Shown here: piece by piece, positions 48,870 to 56,153 of the stretch
Position numbering within the stretch: the stretch's first letter is position 1
Layout of the letters: the number at the start of each line of letters is the position of its first letter
IMG/VR virus record: IMGVR_UViG_3300030107_001603
Coordinates: 3,637-67,636 of that record
Source of the DNA: a virus
Strand: one strand, 5' to 3'
Length of the DNA stretch: 64,000 nt
Position numbers and translations under genes: made by a program
Notes under the pieces: generated by a model
Databases searched by the model: none
What the model was told of the DNA's origin: nothing
What the model saw: the letters and a program-made list of their open reading frames with translations, nothing else

Positions 48870-49315
48870 ATTTTTATGTATTTATAGATATACTCTAACG
48901 TTGAAGGCCAATCAAGACATCTTTGGTTAGTTCCGAACCATATCCAAGTACCTTGGAAATTAGGTTGTCCTCTCCATCTGCTATCATCGATCAACACGTC
49001 ACCTATTAGTAAGTCTTTTCTATGTGTTAATATTAATTTTCTTTTAAGATATGGGAAATGATTTTCAATCCATCTTCTCTTTGCCGCCCACATATTAGGT
49101 CTAGACCAAGGTGGAGTTGACGCTATAAATATATCAAAGTCTTCATTTAACTTGATAAGAGCATCTTTCGCACCCGGAATAGCTTGTAAATTACCATAAT
49201 CTACGTGAAGGTCAGGTCTGTGTATAGTACGTCCCTGTTCTTTTTCTAAGATTTTATGTTCTTTATTGAAATCAGAGATCACTCCATCCATATCTATATA
49301 CATTATTTTCTTCAT
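48866..49315 (-). CDS. 5'(3')-deoxyribonucleotidase (HAD, NT5C-like)
   Basis: 'YIDMDGVISDF...KRRWI...KDLLIGDVLIDD'. Confidence 0.85.
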   Translation of the reverse strand: MKKIMYIDMDGVISDFNKEHKILEKEQGRTIHRPDLHVDYGNLQAIPGAKDALIKLNEDFDIFIASTPPWSRPNMWAAKRRWIENHFPYLKRKLILTHRKDLLIGDVLIDDSRWRGQPNFQGTWIWFGTNQRCLDWPSTLEYIYKYIKI

Positions 49316-49317
49316 AT

Positions 49318-49581
49318 CTAATCTAATAATACCATATATGCTTTCGGGTTATACTGTTTAAACCAGTCTAAACCTCTTCTAAGATCGTTTAGATGTTGAG
49401 GAGTATTAAACATACCCATTTCAACAACAATCGAAGCTCCCATAACGAAATCATACATAGATAATTCTACATTGTTCAATTCTATACTATCTCCACCAAA
49501 CCTATTTTGTACAACAGCGCCTTTATCATATACTACGCCGTTAAACCATTTAGGTATTGGTTGTTCTTTTGTTTTACTCAT
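49318..49581 (-). CDS. Hypothetical protein
   Basis: ORF in the early arm. Confidence 0.55.
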   Translation of the reverse strand: MSKTKEQPIPKWFNGVVYDKGAVVQNRFGGDSIELNNVELSMYDFVMGASIVVEMGMFNTPQHLNDLRRGLDWFKQYNPKAYMVLLD

Positions 49582-49600
49582 ATTTAATTTTAATTATTAG

Positions 49601-49796
49601 TGCCCAAGGGTGGATTCGAACCACCGATTTTCCTAGTACTAACAGGGATGTATAGGTGCTACTACATTTGTTAGCGACAAGACTCTATTTTTGTTATCAA
49701 CAAGGTTCGATAAAATCTTCGACGTCTACCATCTACGTGATATTATCGACACTTGTATGTTCCCACATTACCATAGAATTCATCTTGTACTTGGGC
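49601..49796 (-). ncRNA. 196-nt tRNA-like structured RNA
   Basis: Acceptor GCCCAAG/CTTGGGC+A; T arm GGTGG-TTCGAAT-CCACC; long paired interior. Confidence 0.7.
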
Positions 49797-49800
49797 TTAG

Positions 49801-49868
49801 TGGTAGGAGAGGAATCGAACCTCTCTGTATACGTGGAATTTCACCACCTTACTATCCATGTAACTACC
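49801..49868 (-). ncRNA. Degenerate tRNA-like element
   Basis: GGTAG/CTACC+A; GAGAGG-TTCGATT-CCTCTC; GTGG-TGAAATT-CCAC hairpin; no canonical D arm or anticodon loop. Confidence 0.55.
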
Positions 49869-49880
49869 TATCGAAACGCT

Positions 49881-50234
49881 CTATTGAGCGGAATTTTCTT
49901 CTGTATCATCTATTATATTAAACGTTCTTTCTATTAATTTTATAATAGGTTCTCTTACGTAATCACAACTATGTAAGTCTATATTTCCAATAATAACTTT
50001 ACCTTCATAATCTAACTCAGGTTCAAAATCATAATTATCTGTATCACTAAAATCAAACTCTTCTATACCTTCAGTAACACAGTCGTATATAATATCTAGT
50101 GTAGATTGATTTAATTTTGGTTTACTAACATTGTTTAACTCTACAGTCTTAACATTTAACTCTGTTTTTAACAACTCTATTTTGTCTTGTAAGCCTTTTA
50201 CTGTGGCTTCTAACAGTTCTTTTGTTTCACTCAT
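49881..50234 (-). CDS. Hypothetical protein
   Basis: Coiled-coil N-terminus, acidic C-terminus. Confidence 0.55.
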   Translation of the reverse strand: MSETKELLEATVKGLQDKIELLKTELNVKTVELNNVSKPKLNQSTLDIIYDCVTEGIEEFDFSDTDNYDFEPELDYEGKVIIGNIDLHSCDYVREPIIKLIERTFNIIDDTEENSAQ

Positions 50235-50482
50235 TTTATTACTAATTTATATTCTTTATATTTTTCTTCTTTCATTCTATCTTTAGCGTATTCTAATGGA
50301 TGTTCTTGATGAGTACTAAATGAAGAGTAACCATCTGGTCCATCACTAAGAATCTGAACATAACCATAACCTGGCCAGAACTTATTCTTAACATATCTTA
50401 AATCTACTATTATTTCTTTTCTTTCTTTAACATTAGAATTATCTAAGTTAAACCATAACTGTTTTAATTCATGTCTATTCAT
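50231..50482 (-). CDS. Hypothetical protein
   Basis: ORF with 4-bp overlap to its neighbour. Confidence 0.5.
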   Translation of the reverse strand: MNRHELKQLWFNLDNSNVKERKEIIVDLRYVKNKFWPGYGYVQILSDGPDGYSSFSTHQEHPLEYAKDRMKEEKYKEYKLVIK

Positions 50483-50768
50483 ACCATATTCCTTTTACTT
50501 CGATCATATTACCAGTCAATTTACCACTACTATTTCTTATAGCAGCCTTACCGACAACTTCTTTAATAACTTTCTTTTCATTTAGTTGGCTTTTGTCATG
50601 GTATTTAGGATTCTTACTATTTAGTTTTTTCTTTTTGCTCATATTCTTTTATGTTTTTATTAAAAATATTTCTTCTTATATGACACTTTATTTGTGACGA
50701 TATATACATTCCTATTGCTATTCCAAGAAGAATCATCATGATTCCTGGAATAAACATTACTATTTCTT

Positions 50769-51371
50769 TCATATTATTCTATATCTTTCGTTATTTACTA
50801 TTACCGATAAGTTATCAAGAGCGCCTTTATCGTCTCTTTCTTCTTTTAATTCTCGTATTTCTTGAGTTTGTTTTAGATAAATATTATGTAATCTTCTATT
50901 CTCAGATTGTAATTCTCTTATTCTTTCAATGTCACCATTCTTCATTTCATATTCGTGTTTCCACTTAGGTATAAACTTACCATCTTCAACTTGATTCGCT
51001 TGTTTTATATAATAGTTTTTGAGACAATAGTCTATTAAGTACTCTATTCTATCTCCTTCGTACGGTATAAGTATACAACCTCTAGTAGTCATCTTGTTAT
51101 ATTTACCGTTCCACTTTTGTACATACTCACCATCAACCCATTTACTATCATAAGATTTATAATAGTGATCGTAGTAATCTCTTTTGTTTAGTTGATAAGG
51201 TGTATACCCACCGTTCATACGTCTTACATAACCTGATTTGAAACTACCAACTTTAATATATTCACCATACATTTTTATTGGTAATCTAAATATCCTTGTA
51301 CCGTTTTTTTCTTGTCTATTTGTTGTAACTTCTTGTATATCAAGTAGTTGTAATTTGTCTTTTACTGTCAT
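50769..51371 (-). CDS. Hypothetical protein
   Basis: 200-aa ORF in the early arm. Confidence 0.55.
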   Translation of the reverse strand: MTVKDKLQLLDIQEVTTNRQEKNGTRIFRLPIKMYGEYIKVGSFKSGYVRRMNGGYTPYQLNKRDYYDHYYKSYDSKWVDGEYVQKWNGKYNKMTTRGCILIPYEGDRIEYLIDYCLKNYYIKQANQVEDGKFIPKWKHEYEMKNGDIERIRELQSENRRLHNIYLKQTQEIRELKEERDDKGALDNLSVIVNNERYRII

Positions 51372-51376
51372 ATTAT

Positions 51377-51649
51377 TTATTTTTCTTCTATTAAAAATCT
51401 ATCACCGTATAGATCTTGCCATACTACTTCTGTTACATCATTATCTGTCCAGATAAACACCTGTTGTAATTGTTCTACCGTTAATTGACCGAAGAAATAG
51501 TTTTCTTCTAATGATTTTTTAGTTACTTGTGGTCCAACAGCGTATTTACCTTCGTCAATATAATGATTTATTGTTCTTTTATACTCTGGTTTGAGTCTAT
51601 TCCATAGATTTTTCATGTTACCATTGTTTTGCTTTGTCGTACACTTCAT
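51377..51649 (-). CDS. Hypothetical protein
   Basis: ORF in the early arm. Confidence 0.5.
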   Translation of the reverse strand: MKCTTKQNNGNMKNLWNRLKPEYKRTINHYIDEGKYAVGPQVTKKSLEENYFFGQLTVEQLQQVFIWTDNDVTEVVWQDLYGDRFLIEEK

Positions 51650-51806
51650 CGAATTGTTCTACCATTCCAGGTTGTAGATTTTCTTTCCAATCACCTTGTA
51701 TGAAACTTTTAGTTGTCTTATACATTTCACCCATTAGTCTCATAAGTATTTTATTGTCTAACACAAAGTAAATTGCATTATCACTTTTATAAATTCCGTC
51801 TTTCAT
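51618..51806 (-). CDS. Hypothetical protein
   Basis: ORF in the early arm. Confidence 0.5.
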   Translation of the reverse strand: MKDGIYKSDNAIYFVLDNKILMRLMGEMYKTTKSFIQGDWKENLQPGMVEQFDEVYDKAKQW

Positions 51807-51807
51807 A

Positions 51808-52107
51808 CTATTTATATTTATTATCTATTATTTCTTTCATTGTTAAACCATCTTCATTTACAAAGTTATTAAAAGCGTCGTTAAGTGCATCTTGACTATC
51901 TTGATCTAATGGAGTTCCATCTTCAAGGCTCCATCCACCATCATCATCTTCAACTTCTTGAATATCAATTAGTTGTGTCATATAGTCACCATCTTCTATC
52001 AACTCTTTTTGTAAGTTCATAATCGCTTCTTTTTCATGAAGAGCTTCTATCTCAACACTACATCTCATACTTGTACAATCTCTGTACTCAATTTCATAAT
52101 TCTTCAT
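51808..52107 (-). CDS. Acidic hypothetical protein
   Basis: D/E-rich ORF directly downstream of a class-1 motif. Confidence 0.55.
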   Translation of the reverse strand: MKNYEIEYRDCTSMRCSVEIEALHEKEAIMNLQKELIEDGDYMTQLIDIQEVEDDDGGWSLEDGTPLDQDSQDALNDAFNNFVNEDGLTMKEIIDNKYK

Positions 52108-52130
52108 AATTTTATATCTTTATTTGTTTA

Positions 52131-52162
52131 TATTATCCTTCTATTGTCGTATTTAGTTTGTA
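52131..52162 (-). promoter_or_regulatory. Class-1 promoter motif
   Basis: TACAAACTAAATACGA-N9-GATAATA. Confidence 0.8.
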
Positions 52163-52230
52163 AATAAAACGAGGGTGGACAAGTGAGTAAGATCACTCTA
52201 CAGTGTACACATCTCACGCTCCACCACTCG
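52163..52230 (-). terminator. Long hairpin with T tract (terminator or structured RNA)
   Basis: CGAG-T-GGTGGA-GC-GTGAG...CTCAC-TTG-TCCACC-CTCG-TTTTATT on the - strand. Confidence 0.5.
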
Positions 52231-52235
52231 TATAT

Positions 52236-52445
52236 TTAACACAACATTGTACCATAACCTCTACGTCGAGTCATCTTAGCTATTTTTGCTGCGTCACTTT
52301 GTGACATTATCTGTATAGAGTTACCAGTCTTGTGATTGATAAGAGGAGCGCAACCATATTGTTCTACAGTTGAACATTCAACACAAGTTTTATAACCAAG
52401 ATTGACTCGTCCGCCAGGTATTATATTTCCACATTTACATTTCAT
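52236..52445 (-). CDS. C4 zinc-finger protein (DksA/TraR-like finger)
   Basis: 'CKCGNIIPGGRVNLGYKTCVEC'. Confidence 0.55.
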   Translation of the reverse strand: MKCKCGNIIPGGRVNLGYKTCVECSTVEQYGCAPLINHKTGNSIQIMSQSDAAKIAKMTRRRGYGTMLC

Positions 52446-52450
52446 ATTAT

Positions 52451-52482
52451 TATTATCTTTCTATTGTCGTATTTAGTTTGTA
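52451..52482 (-). promoter_or_regulatory. Class-1 promoter motif
   Basis: 31/32 identical to the copy at 52131. Confidence 0.8.
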
Positions 52483-52691
52483 ATATTATCATGAAGAATA
52501 TTGTTGTTATCATGAACCATCCACTCACAATTCTTTAGATTATGACCTTTAATTTCAGTTAAATACCATTCGATATTTTCACTATCGTCCTTATCATTAC
52601 CATTCCATCCGTCTTCAAAGTGTTCTAAGTTTTCATATTGAAACACTCTTCCTACTTCAAAATCTAATACTGTTATATATTTTCCTTTCAT
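52473..52691 (-). CDS. Hypothetical protein
   Basis: ORF in the early arm. Confidence 0.5.
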   Translation of the reverse strand: MKGKYITVLDFEVGRVFQYENLEHFEDGWNGNDKDDSENIEWYLTEIKGHNLKNCEWMVHDNNNILHDNITN

Positions 52692-52993
52692 AGGTTATTT
52701 CCTAAAAATAACCATCCATCTTCGTCACATCTAGACGTGTCAAGAAGACGTTTTAATTTAGCACATTTTTCGTATTCCTCACATTCTGTAAAGTGATCTA
52801 TCATCGTTTCAATATCAGATTTTTGTAAATCACCTGTATCTACATCAACTGGTGGTAAGAAAAACACATTTTTTACTTTATGTTTATTTTGTAATTCTAT
52901 TACTTCACCATATCCTCTACCTTCTATTAGTTGAAGGTATGAAGATACCATTCCTACGTGGATAAACTTATTTGTTTTTTCTTCTTTTGTCAT
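52688..52993 (-). CDS. Hypothetical protein with UVR-like motif
   Basis: 'EEYEKCAKLKRLLD'. Confidence 0.5.
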   Translation of the reverse strand: MTKEEKTNKFIHVGMVSSYLQLIEGRGYGEVIELQNKHKVKNVFFLPPVDVDTGDLQKSDIETMIDHFTECEEYEKCAKLKRLLDTSRCDEDGWLFLGNNL

Positions 52994-53136
52994 AATTTAA
53001 TATTTTGTTGTTCCGTTTTTCTTACTTAATTCTTCTAACCATTTATCAAATTCTTGTAAAATTTTGATAGTTTCCTCGTTATTTAAGTAGTTCCATTCAT
53101 CTTCTTTTGTTTCTACGTCATACATAATTCTTTATT

Positions 53137-53364
53137 TTAATCTGGATTACTATTCTTTTTATACATCTCACTAAGACAATGATTTAACGCTTGTTGCGCT
53201 TCTTCTTCGTCATATACTTTAGTTTCTATTGGTTGTTCGTTTATATAATCTACACAATCTTGATAATCTCTAGATTGACAGAGAGGTAAACTTAATCCAC
53301 CATAAGAATATACTACTGTATATAAACTTTTATTGTTCTTAATTTTTTCTTCTATTCTATACAT
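53137..53364 (-). CDS. Hypothetical protein
   Basis: ORF in the early arm. Confidence 0.45.
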   Translation of the reverse strand: MYRIEEKIKNNKSLYTVVYSYGGLSLPLCQSRDYQDCVDYINEQPIETKVYDEEEAQQALNHCLSEMYKKNSNPD

Positions 53365-53544
53365 AGTTATTTTACCATTGAAAATTTAGATAATGGTTCT
53401 TCATTGTTCCAAATCACTGTAATCCCTTTAGTTTTTATATTACTTGCAATAGAAAACACTATATCACTTGGAAATGTTGTCCATTTCGTCTCCATATTAT
53501 CTAATTTTCTTTCGTTTATTTCTTTCATAATTCTATATTTTTTA

Positions 53545-53602
53545 GAACACTTTCAGGACTCGAACCTGACACTAGTTTACTAGTATATCTCCAAGAAGTG
53601 TT
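53545..53602 (-). ncRNA. Minimal tRNA-like element without D arm
   Basis: AACACTT/AAGTGTT; TCAGG-TTCGAGT-CCTGA; ACTAG-TAAA-CTAGT hairpin. Confidence 0.65.
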
Positions 53603-53751
53603 GGGTGAATAATCCACTAATCCACAGACTAGTGACTTTTACATATTCTCTATTACCGTAACGATAACGAATCCGAAGACATACAACATACTTGTTATAT
53701 AAACTATATTCAGAGTAGTTGTAAATATCTGTAAGTGACTAAACTTTCTCA

Positions 53752-54000
53752 TTATACTAACTTTTTATCTCTTAGTACTCTCGGAATATTGTTCGTCGCA
53801 GTGTAAGACTTATATTTCTGGAAACAGTCTAACGACTCCAATTTGTCTTTCATTATACTATAAACCTTATCGTGGTTATAAGTAATTACATCACCTTTTT
53901 TGTTAGTGAACTCGATTGTTTGATTCTTTCCAACTAAACTTAGTCTTACTACGAATCTTTTTGATTTTAGTACATTAGTACCATCTTTTGAATTTGCCAT
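53752..54000 (-). CDS. Early protein, paralog of 54834-55058 (likely start MANSK)
   Basis: Shared 'KRFV.R.SL.G.N..I.F.NKKG..ITYNHD.VY...CFQKYKSYT.TNNIP'. Confidence 0.65.
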   Translation of the reverse strand: MANSKDGTNVLKSKRFVVRLSLVGKNQTIEFTNKKGDVITYNHDKVYSIMKDKLESLDCFQKYKSYTATNNIPRVLRDKKLV

Positions 54001-54060
54001 TTTATTTAATTTTAGCGTTAATATTCGATTAATTATTAGTTTCGTTTCATCATTCATTTA

Positions 54061-54092
54061 TATTATCTTACTCATATCGTATTTGATTTGTA
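54061..54092 (-). promoter_or_regulatory. Class-1 promoter motif
   Basis: TACAAATCAAATACGA-N9-GATAATA. Confidence 0.8.
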
Positions 54093-54097
54093 TAATA

Positions 54098-54394
54098 TTA
54101 TCTTGCTTGTTTATAATTATAAGATTTATGGAATATTAATGTGTCTTTAAATTTATTATAATTAAAATGAGTATTATTTGCATAGTGCTCGTCAAGTAAT
54201 ATATAACAATATCCTTTTATATTTAAATGCTCGGTAAAATATTTATTAAACCATTTTGGTAATTGATGTAATTGATATGGTAAATATATTTTATTATTTA
54301 ATTTTAGAATATTTAATGAATTAAATTTTAATTTTTTAGAGTGCATATTATATTTATTTTTATTATTATTATTTCTTATATATATATTATCCAA
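54098..54394 (-). CDS. Hypothetical protein (start probably the internal MHSKK)
   Basis: Very AT-rich ORF between two class-1 motifs. Confidence 0.4.
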   Translation of the reverse strand: MDNIYIRNNNNKNKYNMHSKKLKFNSLNILKLNNKIYLPYQLHQLPKWFNKYFTEHLNIKGYCYILLDEHYANNTHFNYNKFKDTLIFHKSYNYKQAR

Positions 54395-54416
54395 TTGAAG
54401 TCGTATTGAGTTCGTA
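54385..54416 (-). promoter_or_regulatory. Class-1 promoter motif
   Basis: TACGAACTCAATACGA-N9-GATAATA. Confidence 0.8.
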
Positions 54417-54656
54417 TTATATATGGATAATTAGATAAGATAATTCTACATCTGGTGAAATATAATGTGAGAATTGTATTTTATTAATTACTAATTCATT
54501 TATTATTTCTACTACATTACTAGTATATTCGAATACTACTATAGAATCGTCGTCATGGTGTGGATGTAGTTCTCTTTCTACTTCACAATCTATTAAATAA
54601 TGGTATTCTGAATTGAATAATTTTGGTAATTTTTGAATTTTTTCATTTAAGTTCAT
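54417..54656 (-). CDS. Hypothetical protein
   Basis: ORF between two class-1 motifs. Confidence 0.5.
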   Translation of the reverse strand: MNLNEKIQKLPKLFNSEYHYLIDCEVERELHPHHDDDSIVVFEYTSNVVEIINELVINKIQFSHYISPDVELSYLIIHI

Positions 54657-54689
54657 AGTATTATATTTTATTAAGTTTATATTTGATTA

Positions 54690-54721
54690 TATTATCCATT
54701 CTCATTCGTAATTAGTTCGTA
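54690..54721 (-). promoter_or_regulatory. Class-1 promoter motif
   Basis: TACGAACTAATTACGA-N9-GATAATA. Confidence 0.8.
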
Positions 54722-54833
54722 TAAAAGTATATATTTTGTTTAGTTCATGAAAATTAGATACAGTCTCTCCGCTTCGCTCCAAAGTGAACGAAAAACTTTT
54801 ATTAATTTCCACGATAAATTCCTAAACTCTGTA

Positions 54834-55058
54834 TTATCTACAGAAAGTAGGAATATTATTCGTATTAGTATAAGATTTATACTTTTGGAAACAATTCATA
54901 GATTCGAATCTATCTTTATTTCTAGTATATACTTCGTCATGATTGTAAGTAATTGTCTTACCTTTTTTATTGACGAATGTAATAACAGTATTCGTTCCGA
55001 TTAATGATTTTCTGATTACGAATCTTTTCGTTGTAATTTTGTTTAATTTAATAGACAT
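54834..55058 (-). CDS. First early protein, paralog of 53752-54000
   Basis: Clear sequence similarity to the paralog; follows a class-1 motif. Confidence 0.65.
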   Translation of the reverse strand: MSIKLNKITTKRFVIRKSLIGTNTVITFVNKKGKTITYNHDEVYTRNKDRFESMNCFQKYKSYTNTNNIPTFCR

Positions 55059-55103
55059 AGTAATTTAATTTAGTTAGTTAATAATTTAATTGATTTGTAG
55101 ATA

Positions 55104-55135
55104 TATTATCGAGTGTGAGTCGTATTGAAATCGTG
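55104..55135 (-). promoter_or_regulatory. Class-1 promoter motif
   Basis: CACGATTTCAATACGA-N9-GATAATA. Confidence 0.7.
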
Positions 55136-55310
55136 GAAAATAGTTAGGAAGTAGAACGAAAACGAATAAATGTCGGATGTAATGATAAACTGAGTGGAAA
55201 TTGTGAATAATGAAGGGGGCCCATGTTGAGGTTGGAGTTTTCCTGGGGGGAGGGGTGGTGTAGAGTAGGGGGCAATGCTACGCTTCTATATTTATAATAA
55301 CTTTTTTTTA

Positions 55311-55356
55311 GTGACATAAGCCTCTTAAGGTAAACCTAGTAGCAGGCAAGTGTCAC
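55311..55356. promoter_or_regulatory. Inverted-repeat operator/origin-like site 2
   Basis: GTGACATAAGCCT-N20-AGGCAAGTGTCAC. Confidence 0.6.
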
Positions 55357-55372
55357 ACTTCACTTAAATAAT

Positions 55373-55394
55373 AAAATAAACATGTAACTATTTA
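55373..55394 (+). promoter_or_regulatory. Class-2 promoter-like motif
   Basis: AAAATAAACATGTAACTATTTA at the head of the + arm. Confidence 0.4.
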
Positions 55395-55430
55395 GAATAG
55401 TTAACTAATAAAAATACAAAACATAATATT

Positions 55431-55880
55431 ATGGCATTTAAGATGAAGGGAAGCTCATACAAAATGGGCGGACATAAAACAAAAGCAACAATGGCTTACA
55501 TGAAGAGCCCAATGAGACAAGCAGAATCTACAGGTATGTCTGCTGGAAATATAAGAGACGCTGAGATAGCAGGTGCAATGGCAGATGACGACGCGTTAAT
55601 AGAAAGACTAAAGACTGAGAAACCGGATGTTTACGAAAAGATGATGAAACATTACCAATCTGAAACTGAAGGCGGTACCTCTAGTTTAGGGACAGGCCAA
55701 CAAGGAAGACACACGTATAACGTTAGACCATTTCCAATTGGATTTTCTACAGGTATAGACTGGATTGATAACAAGACAGAAGGAGGTAGAAAAAGATTGA
55801 GACAAGAGAAGTCTGATAAGGTAAGAGGTAAAATGATAGATTTTATAAAAAAAGGTGGAGAAACTCTTTGGAGACATTAA
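55431..55880 (+). CDS. MAFKMKG-motif protein
   Basis: N-terminal MAFKMKGS. Confidence 0.6.
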   Translation: MAFKMKGSSYKMGGHKTKATMAYMKSPMRQAESTGMSAGNIRDAEIAGAMADDDALIERLKTEKPDVYEKMMKHYQSETEGGTSSLGTGQQGRHTYNVRPFPIGFSTGIDWIDNKTEGGRKRLRQEKSDKVRGKMIDFIKKGGETLWRH

Positions 55881-55883
55881 AAC

Positions 55884-56150
55884 ATGGGGTTTAAACTAAA
55901 GAAACCAAGTTTACTAGGAAGTCCAAATGTTAGTTTAAATTCTATAACAGGGTTTAGATCTGGATCTAACGACGAGCACAACAATATTAACTATATACAT
56001 AGTAGAACTATCGATATGACAGGTGTTCCTTATGATATAGAAGGTATAGACAATTTAGGATATAGTAAAATAATGAAAGCCGATAGTGGTATTCATGAGT
56101 TTCACCCAAAAGCTACAATAGTAAAAGAAGTTAAAATTAAAAAAGTATAA
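55884..56150 (+). CDS. MGFKLK-motif protein
   Basis: N-terminal variant of the shared motif. Confidence 0.55.
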   Translation: MGFKLKKPSLLGSPNVSLNSITGFRSGSNDEHNNINYIHSRTIDMTGVPYDIEGIDNLGYSKIMKADSGIHEFHPKATIVKEVKIKKV

Positions 56151-56153
56151 GAT

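Noticed and set aside
49601-49796. tmRNA or intron-containing tRNA
   Set aside because: No G3-U70 alanine identity, too short, no convincing tag ORF, and no reconstructable anticodon arm
49656-49937. + strand ORFs 49656-49937 and 49691-49921
   Set aside because: Antisense to the - strand arm, non-ATG starts, and they overlap the structured RNA elements
52131-55135. CRISPR array from the 32-bp repeats
   Set aside because: Repeats are degenerate in the middle, hundreds of bp apart with whole genes between them, and no cas genes are present
35812-55135. Integrase or lysogeny module
   Set aside because: No tyrosine or serine recombinase motifs or CI/Cro pair were recognised
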